Assembly (NCBI GenBank): GCA_017478105.1
Contig: JAFVEF010000033.1
Location: 1 to 54,077, forward strand
Reading direction: 5' to 3'
Length of the DNA: 54,077 nt
Origin: Bacilli bacterium
GTDB taxonomy: Bacteria > Bacillota_I > Bacilli_A > RF39 > UBA660
Below the pieces are notes generated by a model, which was not told the DNA's origin, did no database searches, and saw only the letters and a list, made by a program, of their open reading frames with translations. Position 1 is the first letter of the stretch. Each line of letters starts with the position of its first letter. Made by a program: the position numbers and the translations under genes. Of this stretch, positions 27,401 through 36,200 are shown one piece after another.

Positions 27401-30400
27401 GAAAACATGGGACTTCAAAAAGGTAATATTTTAGAGCCAAGTTGTGGTATTGGAAACTTTATAGGATTACTACCAAATAATGACAATTTAAAGATATATG
27501 GTGTTGAATTAGATGATTTAAGTGGTAATATAGCTAGGCAATTATATCAAAAGTCATCTATTGCGATTAAAGGGTTTGAAGATGTAGAATATCCAGACTC
27601 TTTTTTTGATGTTGCAATAGGAAATGTACCATTTGGTGAGTTTCCAGTATATGACAAAAAATATGATAAACACCATTTTTTGATACACGATTATTTCTTT
27701 GCTAAAACTATTGATAAAGTAAGACCAGGTGGTGTTATTGCACTAATAACTTCTAGTGGAACAATGGATAAGAAAAGCGAAGATGTTAGAAAGTATATTG
27801 CTGCACGAGCAAATCTTTTAGGTGCAATTAGATTACCTAACAACACCTTTAAAGATGCTGCAGGTACTAAAGTAACAAGTGATATTTTATTCTTACAAAA
27901 AAGAGATTCCATAACTGATATAATGCCTGATTGGGTGCATTTAGATAATAGCGAAGATGGAATTGTAATGAACAAGTATTTTGTAGATAATCCTAATATG
28001 ATTTTAGGAAAAATGGAAACTACAACACATTTTGATATGACTACTTGCACTCCATTTGAAGATAAAGATTTAAGTGAATTATTAGATAATGCAATATCTA
28101 ATATTCATGCTGAAATAAAAGATTATCAATTAGAAGAATTAACCGAAGAAGATAATTCAATCGAAGCAGATTTAAATGTTAAAAACTTTTCTTATACAGT
28201 TATTGATGATAAAGTATATTATCGTGAAAATAGTAGAATGTATCCACAAGAACTATCAGTAACTGCTGAAAACAGAGTTAAAGGGTTAATTGAATTAAGA
28301 GATACTACAAGAGAACTAATTGATTTACAATTAGAAGATATGCCTGATGAAGATATAGAAAAACAACAAGCAAAATTAAATACCTTATATGATAATTTCA
28401 CTAAAAAATATGGACTAATAAATAGTCGTGCAAATGCTTCTGCTTTTAATGGTGATAATAGTTATTATTTGCTTTGTTCATTAGAGATATTAGATGAGAA
28501 TGGTAATTTATTAAGAAAAGCTGATATGTTCTCTAAAAGAACAATTATGGCACATAAAGCACCACAAAAAATAGAAAGTTCTAATGATGCTTTAATCGTG
28601 TCTATTGGTGAAAAAGCAATGGTTGATTTAGATTATATGAGTGAAATATCTCACAAATCAAAAGATGAACTTGTAAGCGATTTAGAGGGTATTATATTTA
28701 AAATACCTAACGAGGATAGATATGTTACTGCTGATGAATATTTAAGTGGAGACATTCGTGAAAAGATTAAGGAAGCAGAACTTGCAAATGAAACTAATCC
28801 TATTTATGATATTAACCTTAAATATTTATATGAAGCAAAACCTGAAGATTTGAATGCCAGTGAAATTAGTGTAAGACTTGGAACTACTTGGATACCGCCT
28901 GAAGATTATGAAAAATTCATGTTTGAATTGTTTGATACCGACTATTACTCTAAAAGAAAAATTAAAATAAATTATTCTGATATTACAAATGAATGGTCTA
29001 TTGAAAATAAAAGTTATGATAGATATAACGAAAAAGTTAGATCTACCTATGGAACTAAAAGAATTAATGGTTACAAGATATTTGAAGAAACTTTAAATCT
29101 CCGAGATGTTAAGATATATGACTATTTTGAAGATGAAGAAGGCAAAAAGAAACGAGTTTTAAATGGTAAAGAAACTGCTATTGCACAGGGAAAACAAGAA
29201 CAAATAAAGCAAGCATTTCAAGATTGGATATGGTCTGATCCTGATAGAAGAAACAGACTAGAAAAGAAATATAATGAATTATTTAATGCTATTAAACCTA
29301 GAGAATATGATGGTAGTAATATTATATTTGATGGAATAAATCCTGAAATATCATTAAGAGAGCATCAAATAAATGCTATTGCTAGAATACTTTATGGTGG
29401 AAATACCTTACTTGCTCACGAAGTTGGTGCAGGTAAAACTTTTGAAATGGTTGCAGCTGCAATGGAAAGTAAAAGATTAGGATTATGTAATAAATCTTTA
29501 TTTGTAGTACCTAATCATATTGTAGAACAATTTGCTAGTGAGTTCTTACAATTATATCCTAGTGCGAATATTTTAGTAGCAACAAAAAAGGATTTTGAAA
29601 CTGCTAATCGTAAAAAGTTTTGTTCCCGTATTGCTACAGGAGAATATGATGCAGTAATAATTGGTCATTCTCAATTTGAAAAGATTCCAATGTCAGTAGA
29701 AAGACAAATGACATTATTAGAAAAAGAAATAAGTGAGATAATGGATGCCATTGATAATGGACAAATGTCTGGTGCATCATTTACTGTAAAACAACTTATG
29801 AAAACAAAAAAACAACTAGAAACAAAACTACAAAGACTTAATGATAGTTCAAGAAAAGATGATAATGTTGTTACCTTTGAACAATTAGGCGTTGATAGAT
29901 TATTTGTTGATGAAGCACATTATTATAAGAATTTATTTCTTTATACCAAGATGAGTAATGTTAGTGGAATTGCTCAAACTGAAGCACAAAAGAGTTCAGA
30001 TTTATATATGAAATGTAAATATTTAGATGAAATAACTGGAGGAAAAGGAATTGTATTTGCAACTGGAACTCCAATATCTAATTCAATGGTTGAGTTATAT
30101 ACAATGCAGAGATATTTACAAACAAATACACTATATAAGTTAGGATTACAAAACTTTGATGCTTGGGCTTCTACTTTTGGGGAAACTACTACTGCAATAG
30201 AACTTGCTCCAGAAGGAACAGGTTATCGTGCTAAAACTAGATTTGCAAAGTTTTATAATTTACCAGAATTAATATCTGTATTTAAAGAAGTCGCAGATAT
30301 AAAAACTGCTGATATGTTAGACTTGCCAGTACCAAAAGCAAACTATGAAAACATTGTAGTAGCACCTAGTGAGATACAAGAAAAAATGGTTGAAGAATTA

Positions 30401-31816
30401 TCAGAACGAGCTGAAAAAATTAGAGGTGGTGGTGTTGATCCACACGAAGATAATATGCTTAAAATTACAAATGATGGTAAAAAATTAGCATTAGACCAAA
30501 GACTAATAAATGATTTATTACCTGATGAAGAAAATGGAAAAGTAAGCACTTGTGCTAATAATATTTATAAATTTTATAAAGATTATGATGATATAAAAGC
30601 GACACAATTAGTATTCTGTGATTTATCAACACCAAAAGATGATGGCTCTTTTAGTGTCTATAATGACATTAAAAACAAGTTAATAGATAAAGGTATTCCT
30701 GGTGAAGAAATAGCTTTTATTCATGATGCTGATAATGAGATTAAGAAAAAAGAATTGTTTTCAAAAGTTCGTAAAGGACAAGTAAGAGTTTTAATTGGCT
30801 CTACTCAAAAAATGGGTGCTGGAACTAACTGCCAAGATAGACTTATTGCTATTCACGATTTAGATTGCCCATGGCGACCTGCTGATTTACAACAACGAGC
30901 AGGACGAATTGTAAGACAAGGAAATCAAAACAAAGAAGTATTTATTTTTAGATATGTAACTGAAAAAACATTTGATGCTTACCTTTACCAATTAGTAGAA
31001 AATAAGCAAAAGTTTATATCACAAATAATGACTTCTAAAACACCACTTCGTACTGCTAGTGATGTTGATGAAACTGTTTTATCCTATGCTGAAATAAAAG
31101 CATTAGCTGCAGGAAATCCTCTTATTTTAGAAAAAACTGAACTTGATGCAAAGGTATCTAAACTAAAATTATTAAAACAAAGTCATTTAAGTCAGATATA
31201 TGAACTTGAAGATAAAGTTATGAAACAATATCCACGAGATATTAAAATAACTGAAAATAATATCAAAGATATTCAAGAAGATATATCACTTTTAGACAAG
31301 AATAAAACAGATGATTTTAGTTATATTATTCTAAATGGTATAACCTATGATGAAAGAAAAAATGCTGGTACAGCACTACTTGAAATAATCAAAAATAATC
31401 CTACAATAGATAATGAGATACCTATTGGTAATTATTTAGGATTTGATTTGTCTTTGGGATTTAATTTCTTACAAAAAACATTTTATCTTGATGTAAAAAA
31501 CAAACATTCTTATATTGTTGAACTTGGATCTGATCCTAGTGGTAATATAATTCGTATTGATAATCAATTAAGTAAATTACCTGATTATTTAACGAATAAT
31601 CAAGAAAAATTAGAAACATTAAAGCAACAATTTGAAATTGCAAAACAAGAAGTTCATAAACCTTTTCCACAAGAACAAGAGTTAAAAGATGCTATGAAAC
31701 GATTAAGAGAAGTTGACACTGCTTTAAATCTTGATGAAAAAGTACCTGAAATATTAGAAATGTCTGATGATGATAATGCTCCAAGTCAAATGTGCAAAGA
31801 TGAATATGAAAGGTAA
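24497..31816 (+). CDS. Polyvalent conjugative-element protein with an ArdC-N-like ssDNA-binding module, a disordered linker, unassigned domains, an N6-adenine DNA methyltransferase and an SNF2/DEAD-like helicase
   Basis: ArdC-N-like LLIYAQRPNA...W....R.V.RGTPGIGLL. MTase motif I EPSCGIGNF (about 27434-27460) and motif IV GNVPFG (27621-27638). Helicase motif I HEVGAGKTF (29417-29443), motif II DEAHYYKN (29908-29931) and motif VI QQRAGRIVRQGN (30889-30925). Confidence 0.85.
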   Translation: MATTVTVVNALYKDTIKEVSQDATNWQSFLRTASMNYTNSFSEQLLIYAQRPNAISCTDIDTWNDTYKRLVNRGTPGIGLLTEFNGKPRIRYVWGLNDTHSIYGRKGKKLKIWKVPKVYEDQVIESLENKFGELNNKDNLVNAIKSVATNLMEDNYNDYLDDLISNKFDTRLENISNDVIEKYYKKILENSIAYMIINRSGINPTPFFNDTDFIEIPIFQDIESIARLGTAASDIAEMGIREIYVSLKNIRIAEIEKIRTFDKSNQIVYDDNEKSRNAERSDNYEHDLHSSGQLPTTEFSYDRGRTIQNGQVWDNEASILEREQERDIRSNVDERNSTNTFERDRNISTNESIDNNGRDEKETQYNGRIEVSQSNEMAWDDEQYQESSRRNNDERTNLQLDSNGNTENGILFSNEDRYDYKVGDKVFIGLDEYEITKIGLFDIELYDPNAPLFGRTMSVIDFETKLKENPANEHLKVKNVKNEVITETITSVDSLDEEHSFTVARVIDNQHCVELHYFNNKATVEIGTKVRDDYWESIVEDADWFNKDLSDNEIIDKLSEIFTENFENTISKETDNYYGEYNDEIDLIDHILSSHKIDDIIMDFNEDGIIIANDDEGNVWEGKEFYDFLFNDLFDYNENGTVDLIDNKDFERLKEYRKKYDITEQKEIVPTEKENIVSTTNNSSQLSLFIPKEQELADRIVEEFNALDTKYKGTFYVSSIELEKWNHIKSKKRNLTISIKSSECTGYNETSFTQFNSDKTSEVTLRESTEISKFLNYLSEDKDFSITITPDSLLVFYHNFDEKQLDLSIGKDNVLSSISDKDNIEIIDNPKLEIPKVIKKLRNRVINYVLHPEIPYEERINYKIVDDNIGVGQPRERFRNNINAIKTLKQLQNEDRYATPEEQEILSKYVGWGGLSQAFKKDSDWATEYQELGTLLGFDSDEYNKAMASVNTAFYTPPIVIKSIYKALENMGLQKGNILEPSCGIGNFIGLLPNNDNLKIYGVELDDLSGNIARQLYQKSSIAIKGFEDVEYPDSFFDVAIGNVPFGEFPVYDKKYDKHHFLIHDYFFAKTIDKVRPGGVIALITSSGTMDKKSEDVRKYIAARANLLGAIRLPNNTFKDAAGTKVTSDILFLQKRDSITDIMPDWVHLDNSEDGIVMNKYFVDNPNMILGKMETTTHFDMTTCTPFEDKDLSELLDNAISNIHAEIKDYQLEELTEEDNSIEADLNVKNFSYTVIDDKVYYRENSRMYPQELSVTAENRVKGLIELRDTTRELIDLQLEDMPDEDIEKQQAKLNTLYDNFTKKYGLINSRANASAFNGDNSYYLLCSLEILDENGNLLRKADMFSKRTIMAHKAPQKIESSNDALIVSIGEKAMVDLDYMSEISHKSKDELVSDLEGIIFKIPNEDRYVTADEYLSGDIREKIKEAELANETNPIYDINLKYLYEAKPEDLNASEISVRLGTTWIPPEDYEKFMFELFDTDYYSKRKIKINYSDITNEWSIENKSYDRYNEKVRSTYGTKRINGYKIFEETLNLRDVKIYDYFEDEEGKKKRVLNGKETAIAQGKQEQIKQAFQDWIWSDPDRRNRLEKKYNELFNAIKPREYDGSNIIFDGINPEISLREHQINAIARILYGGNTLLAHEVGAGKTFEMVAAAMESKRLGLCNKSLFVVPNHIVEQFASEFLQLYPSANILVATKKDFETANRKKFCSRIATGEYDAVIIGHSQFEKIPMSVERQMTLLEKEISEIMDAIDNGQMSGASFTVKQLMKTKKQLETKLQRLNDSSRKDDNVVTFEQLGVDRLFVDEAHYYKNLFLYTKMSNVSGIAQTEAQKSSDLYMKCKYLDEITGGKGIVFATGTPISNSMVELYTMQRYLQTNTLYKLGLQNFDAWASTFGETTTAIELAPEGTGYRAKTRFAKFYNLPELISVFKEVADIKTADMLDLPVPKANYENIVVAPSEIQEKMVEELSERAEKIRGGGVDPHEDNMLKITNDGKKLALDQRLINDLLPDEENGKVSTCANNIYKFYKDYDDIKATQLVFCDLSTPKDDGSFSVYNDIKNKLIDKGIPGEEIAFIHDADNEIKKKELFSKVRKGQVRVLIGSTQKMGAGTNCQDRLIAIHDLDCPWRPADLQQRAGRIVRQGNQNKEVFIFRYVTEKTFDAYLYQLVENKQKFISQIMTSKTPLRTASDVDETVLSYAEIKALAAGNPLILEKTELDAKVSKLKLLKQSHLSQIYELEDKVMKQYPRDIKITENNIKDIQEDISLLDKNKTDDFSYIILNGITYDERKNAGTALLEIIKNNPTIDNEIPIGNYLGFDLSLGFNFLQKTFYLDVKNKHSYIVELGSDPSGNIIRIDNQLSKLPDYLTNNQEKLETLKQQFEIAKQEVHKPFPQEQELKDAMKRLREVDTALNLDEKVPEILEMSDDDNAPSQMCKDEYER
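25347..25697 (+). CDS. tnpV: TnpV-like protein encoded in the +1 frame inside the polyvalent-protein ORF
   Basis: AAAGGAG (25332-25338) lies 8 nt before ATG 25347. The translation MNMTYTQVGNYLLPNL...MGKYG.MRLQYLKE...THLKEIE.SAQ...ITEELK..NQMKWLGMMNNIKNQAEEIMMRELIF fits the TnpV (Tn4451-type) family pattern from memory. Confidence 0.6.
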   Translation: MNMTYTQVGNYLLPNLVTIEEEQFKMGKYGTMRLQYLKENKKGTYEAMLMKGTLQTHLKEIETSAQTRVSTIMDEMKKKLNITEELKSVNQMKWLGMMNNIKNQAEEIMMRELIFN

Positions 31817-31871
31817 TTTGTACATTTGTAAATGTAGTATAATTTTCTTATAATGCTGAATAGAAAGGAAG

Positions 31872-32135
31872 ATGTTTAGTTATATGCGAAAAAGAAATCC
31901 AAACAGTAAGTTAAGAAAAATTGTTATTAGTAATGTTAAATATTACAGAGAAAAAGCTAATATGAGTCAAGAAGAATTATCATTAAAACTTAATAGAAAA
32001 GAAAACTTTATAGAAAGATTAGAAGCTAATCAAACAAAGATAGAGCCGACTATTCTATTAGTAGATGAAATCGCTCATATATTTAATATACCAACTGAAT
32101 ATTTGGTGTTAGAAAGGGAAAAAGATGAGCATTAA
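31872..32135 (+). CDS. XRE-family HTH protein
   Basis: NVKYYREKANMSQEELS.KL is a Cro/C1-type HTH. The start may instead be ATG 31884. Confidence 0.7.
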   Translation: MFSYMRKRNPNSKLRKIVISNVKYYREKANMSQEELSLKLNRKENFIERLEANQTKIEPTILLVDEIAHIFNIPTEYLVLEREKDEH

Positions 32136-32469
32136 AAAAATGGATACCTTATATAAAAGATCAAGTGAAGAATTTGATGAACTAATTAATGATGTTTTAC
32201 AAGATGCAGAAAGAAATGATAAAACCTATCATAGATTAAGTGAAATTAATAAGGGATTAAGGCGAAAATATCCTAATTTAATGAAGATATATGAAACTGA
32301 AAATCCTAAAAAATTGACTGAAAAAGAAATAGATTCATTAATGACTATATTAAATAATGAGTTTGAAATGAAATATATTATATATGAAAAAATGTTTATG
32401 ATTGGTAATAAAGAAGCATATTACTATTTTAAAAGAATGGGAATTCTTAAGGAAGAAGACAATAATTAA
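32125..32469 (+). CDS. Hypothetical helical protein, translationally coupled to the HTH gene
   Basis: Overlaps the upstream stop by 11 nt. No motif recognised. Confidence 0.5.
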   Translation: MSIKKMDTLYKRSSEEFDELINDVLQDAERNDKTYHRLSEINKGLRRKYPNLMKIYETENPKKLTEKEIDSLMTILNNEFEMKYIIYEKMFMIGNKEAYYYFKRMGILKEEDNN

Positions 32470-32513
32470 TGTTTTCTTCCTTTATTTATTTTAAAGAAAG
32501 GAATGATTAAATT

Positions 32514-32900
32514 ATGAAATTATATAATGTTGAAGTTGTAGAAACTTTAAGCCGAGTTGTTGAACAAGAAGCTAATTCTTATGATGAAGCAGAAGATATT
32601 GTTTATGATAAATATCGTAATGGAGATATTGTTTTAGATTATGAAGATTTAGATGATACGGATTATAGACCTTATCCTAGCCAAGAATTAAAGAAAAGTT
32701 TTAATTTTAATATTGATTATGATAGGACTGATAAAACAATATGGATAGGAACTGAAAATACTTCAAGTGAAAGATTTAGATGTAGAAATAAAGATGATTT
32801 AATTTGTGCTATAAAGACTTATATTGATAACAATATAGAGTTAGAACCTATTAAACCTGAAAAAGATTTAAGCAAAAAAAGTAAGGATTATGAGAGATAA
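32514..32900 (+). CDS. DpnD/PcfM-like small conjugation-associated protein
   Basis: N-terminus MKLYNVEVVETLSRVVEQEANSYDEAEDIV.DKY..GDIVLDYEDL resembles the PcfM/DpnD pattern. Confidence 0.5.
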   Translation: MKLYNVEVVETLSRVVEQEANSYDEAEDIVYDKYRNGDIVLDYEDLDDTDYRPYPSQELKKSFNFNIDYDRTDKTIWIGTENTSSERFRCRNKDDLICAIKTYIDNNIELEPIKPEKDLSKKSKDYER

Positions 32901-33865
32901 TGGCTTACTTTACTCCAGAGCAAATATCAAGAGCAAAAGAAATTGATTTGCTCACTTATTTGCAAAATTATAACCCTGATGAATTAGTTTATGAATCTCG
33001 AAATACCTATCATACAAGAACACATGATAGTTTAAAAATAAACAATGGTATGTGGTATTGGTTTTCAAGAAATATAGGCGGCAAAAATGCTCTTGAATAT
33101 TTAATTCAAGTTGAAGAATATAAATTTACTGATGCAGTAAGTCATTTATTAAATCAAAAAGGACTTGAAAAAAGATATATTCCTAAACAAATACTAACTG
33201 AAAAAGAAAAAATAGATAGATTAGATTTACCTAAAAAAGCATCTAATAATTATAAAATTATGTCCTATTTGCAATCAAGAGGAATCAGTAAAAATATAAT
33301 TGATGAATGTATAAATAAAGGATATATCTATCAAGAGTATCCTAAAAACAATGTTGTATTTGTAGGATTTGATGAAGAAAATAATCCGAGATATGCAGGT
33401 GTAAGAGGAACAAATTCTAGTCGTTATATGCATGATGCTTATGGTAGCGATAAGGCATATTCTTTTAAATTAAAATCAGTAGTAAAGAATAATTCAGTTC
33501 ATTTATTTGAAAGTGCTATTGATTTATTATCTTATGCTACTTTTAAAGAATTAAAAAATGAAAAATGGGATGAAGAAAATCTTCTTTCTTTAGCTGGTAT
33601 TTATAGTCCTGGGAAAGATATTTTAAATAGTAAAGTTCCAAAAACTGTATCCACTTTTCTAAAAAATAACTCTAATGTAGATACAATTTATATTCATTTT
33701 GATAATGATACTGCTGGAAGAATTGCAACACAAGCACTCATAAATTCTTTTTCAGAAAGTTATAAAATTATAAATGATCCACCTAAAAGTGGAAAAGATT
33801 TTAATGATTATTTATGCGATTTTTTACAAATAAATCGTCATAAATGTTATGAAAATTATAGATAA
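32900..33865 (+). CDS. DUF3991 plus Toprim domain protein (conjugative primase/TraC-like)
   Basis: N-terminal FTPEQI..AKEIDLL.YL pattern. Toprim acidic motifs LFESAIDLLS and HFDNDTAG. Confidence 0.75.
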   Translation: MAYFTPEQISRAKEIDLLTYLQNYNPDELVYESRNTYHTRTHDSLKINNGMWYWFSRNIGGKNALEYLIQVEEYKFTDAVSHLLNQKGLEKRYIPKQILTEKEKIDRLDLPKKASNNYKIMSYLQSRGISKNIIDECINKGYIYQEYPKNNVVFVGFDEENNPRYAGVRGTNSSRYMHDAYGSDKAYSFKLKSVVKNNSVHLFESAIDLLSYATFKELKNEKWDEENLLSLAGIYSPGKDILNSKVPKTVSTFLKNNSNVDTIYIHFDNDTAGRIATQALINSFSESYKIINDPPKSGKDFNDYLCDFLQINRHKCYENYR

Positions 33866-34078
33866 TTTAGTGTTCTATGAGAAAAATAATGTTTTCTTGT
33901 AAAAGAAAACTATGTCTTAGCCAGCACAGGAGGATTACTCCCGCAATCCCCCAAATCCATTTTAGGGATACCCCAAACCCCTAAACAAAGTTATATGACA
34001 AATTAAGTAATATATTGATAAATATTGATAAGAATATGTTATAATAGAAAATGTAAGTCATAATGGGAGGTGAAAGAA

Positions 34079-34354
34079 TTGAAAAAGTCTGAAATGATTG
34101 AAGCATTAGCTAAAGAAACTGGTTTAACTAAAGCTGATGTTGAAAAAGTATTCAATGGTACATTCAATTTATTTAAAGATGAACTTGCAAAAGGAAACAA
34201 TGTTGCTGTTGCTGGATTCGGTACATTTAAAATTTCAAATAGAGCTGCAAGAACTGGTAGAAATCCTCAAACAGGAGAAACTATCAAAATTGCTGCTAGT
34301 AAGAGCGTAGGTTTCAAAGCAGGATCTGCTTTAAAAGATGTTGTAAATAAATAA
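34079..34354 (+). CDS. hup: HU-family DNA-binding protein carried by the element
   Basis: KSEMIEALAKETGLTKADVEK...GFGTF....AARTGRNPQTGE.I.I is a classical HU signature. TTG 34079 is better spaced from GGGAGG than GTG 34070. Confidence 0.9.
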   Translation: MKKSEMIEALAKETGLTKADVEKVFNGTFNLFKDELAKGNNVAVAGFGTFKISNRAARTGRNPQTGETIKIAASKSVGFKAGSALKDVVNK

Positions 34355-34375
34355 TTAGATTAAGTTTTAATTATT

Positions 34376-34411
34376 GAGTGTTAGTAAATAATTACTGACA
34401 CTCTTTTTTTT
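34376..34411 (+). terminator. Rho-independent terminator after hup. It is also a candidate oriT inverted repeat.
   Basis: gagtgttagtaa-ATAA-ttactgacactc hairpin followed by T8. Confidence 0.7.
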
Positions 34412-34438
34412 ATGCCAAAATTTAGAAAGGATGGTTGT

Positions 34439-34777
34439 ATGAGATATAGAGATAAGAAAAAACAATTTTGGTTTAGTGAAGAAGAATGCAAGATACTTGC
34501 TGATAATTCTGAAAAAGTTGGTTTAACAGAAAGTGAATATATTAGAGAGTTATTAGTTGGTTATAAACTAAAAGAAAAACCTGATGATAGATTTTATGAA
34601 AATTTAAAAGTATTTCGTAGTCTTGCTAATAATATGAATCAAATAGCAAAGAAAGCAAATTCACTAGGATTTGTAGATGAACTATCTTATAAAAGAAATG
34701 TTGATATGATTAAACAATTTATACATGATTTAAAGAAAGAATTTTTGATGGAAGTAATTGAGGTGGATGACCAATGA
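34439..34777 (+). CDS. mobC: MobC-family relaxosome accessory protein
   Basis: RSLANNMNQIAKKAN matches the MobC signature (IGNNLNQIA..AN). Located immediately upstream of the relaxase gene. Confidence 0.8.
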   Translation: MRYRDKKKQFWFSEEECKILADNSEKVGLTESEYIRELLVGYKLKEKPDDRFYENLKVFRSLANNMNQIAKKANSLGFVDELSYKRNVDMIKQFIHDLKKEFLMEVIEVDDQ

Positions 34778-34871
34778 TAATTTTATTACTAATTATTACA
34801 TTATCTCCACTCCTACTTTTCTTTTACTCGTGTTTAAAAATATCAAGTGAGTGTTCTAGACAGGAGGAAAG

Positions 34872-36200
34872 ATGGCAACAACAGGAATATGGAAAATCGA
34901 AAAAAGATTAGATCATGTTATAGATTATGTATCAAATCCTGAAAAGACTACTAAAGCAAATGAAAGTTATCAAGAACTTCATCAGTTTAGTGAGTATGAT
35001 AACCTTAACTTTAATACTGAAGAAGGATGTTATGTTTCTGGAATTAATTGCTTACCTGATGATGCTTATCAAGATATGATGGATACCAAAGCAATTTGGA
35101 AAAAGAAAGATGGTGTTTTAGGTTATCATGCTTTTCAATCTTTTGTTGAAGGAGAAGTAACTGCAGATAAAGCTCATTTAATTGGTATGAAACTTGCAGA
35201 AGAAATGTGGGGCGATAGATTTGAAGTTATCGTTACTACTCATATAAATACTAATCATATTCATAATCATTTTGTTATAAACTCTGTTTCATTTAAAGAT
35301 GGTAAAAAGTTTAATAATTGTAATGAGAACTATGCTTTATTAAGACATTTATCTGATTCTTTATGTCAGGAATATGGATTATCTGTTTTAGATAATAAGA
35401 AAATAAAAGTTAATAAAGTTAATTATGAAAACTTTTATCAAAGATATGTAAAAAAGAACACATATCATTCTATTGCAAAACAAGATTTAGATCGTGCCAT
35501 TGGTATGGCATATTCTTATAAAGATTTTGAAAACATTATGATTAAGATGGGATATGAAATAAAAAATAGATATGGAAAACTTTCAATAAATAGACAACCT
35601 TATAAAAAGAATATTCGTATTGAGAGAGCATTTGGTAGTGATTATTCTATCGAATCTATTGAGAAAAGAATTGAACTAGAAACTGCTACACGAGTACCTT
35701 TTATTGAAGCATATAATCCAGCAAATCAAAAGAAAACTTTTGAGGAGCATAAGAAAGAAAAAGCACATGGTATTTATGGTTTATATAAATATTATTGTTA
35801 TATATTAGGTGTTTATACTAAAGACTATCCAAATAAAATATTAACTCCAGCTATGAGAGTTGAAGTAAAAAAGTTAGATCAAATATCAAAGCAAACACAG
35901 TTGTTGGTAAATCATAAGATTGAAACATACCAGCAACTTTTATTTTATAAAGATACTATAAATCAAGATATTAAAGAATTATCTTCAAAGAGAGAAAATT
36001 TATGGCGAAAGATAAAACGAACTAAAGATGACAACGAAAAAATATTAATTCGTCAAGAAATTGATACTCTTACAAGACTGTTAGAGCCAAAACGAAAGGA
36101 GGTGGTCTTATGTGAAGGAATAGAAAAAAGACTTGGTGTTGTTAAAGAAAACATCAAAGAGTTCGAAGAAGAAAAAGAGAAAGGAGAAATGAAAAGATGA
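34872..36200 (+). CDS. Relaxase/mobilization nuclease (MOBP-like, histidine-triad type)
   Basis: N-terminal relaxase domain with THINTNHIHNHFVINSV. Follows mobC. C-terminal coiled-coil. Confidence 0.85.
   Translation: MATTGIWKIEKRLDHVIDYVSNPEKTTKANESYQELHQFSEYDNLNFNTEEGCYVSGINCLPDDAYQDMMDTKAIWKKKDGVLGYHAFQSFVEGEVTADKAHLIGMKLAEEMWGDRFEVIVTTHINTNHIHNHFVINSVSFKDGKKFNNCNENYALLRHLSDSLCQEYGLSVLDNKKIKVNKVNYENFYQRYVKKNTYHSIAKQDLDRAIGMAYSYKDFENIMIKMGYEIKNRYGKLSINRQPYKKNIRIERAFGSDYSIESIEKRIELETATRVPFIEAYNPANQKKTFEEHKKEKAHGIYGLYKYYCYILGVYTKDYPNKILTPAMRVEVKKLDQISKQTQLLVNHKIETYQQLLFYKDTINQDIKELSSKRENLWRKIKRTKDDNEKILIRQEIDTLTRLLEPKRKEVVLCEGIEKRLGVVKENIKEFEEEKEKGEMKR

Noticed and set aside
31872-32469. HTH gene plus overlapping 114-aa gene as a toxin-antitoxin pair
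   Set aside because: Only the tight coupling and small sizes suggest this. The second protein has no toxin-family motif I can recognise. A regulatory pair belonging to the element is equally likely.
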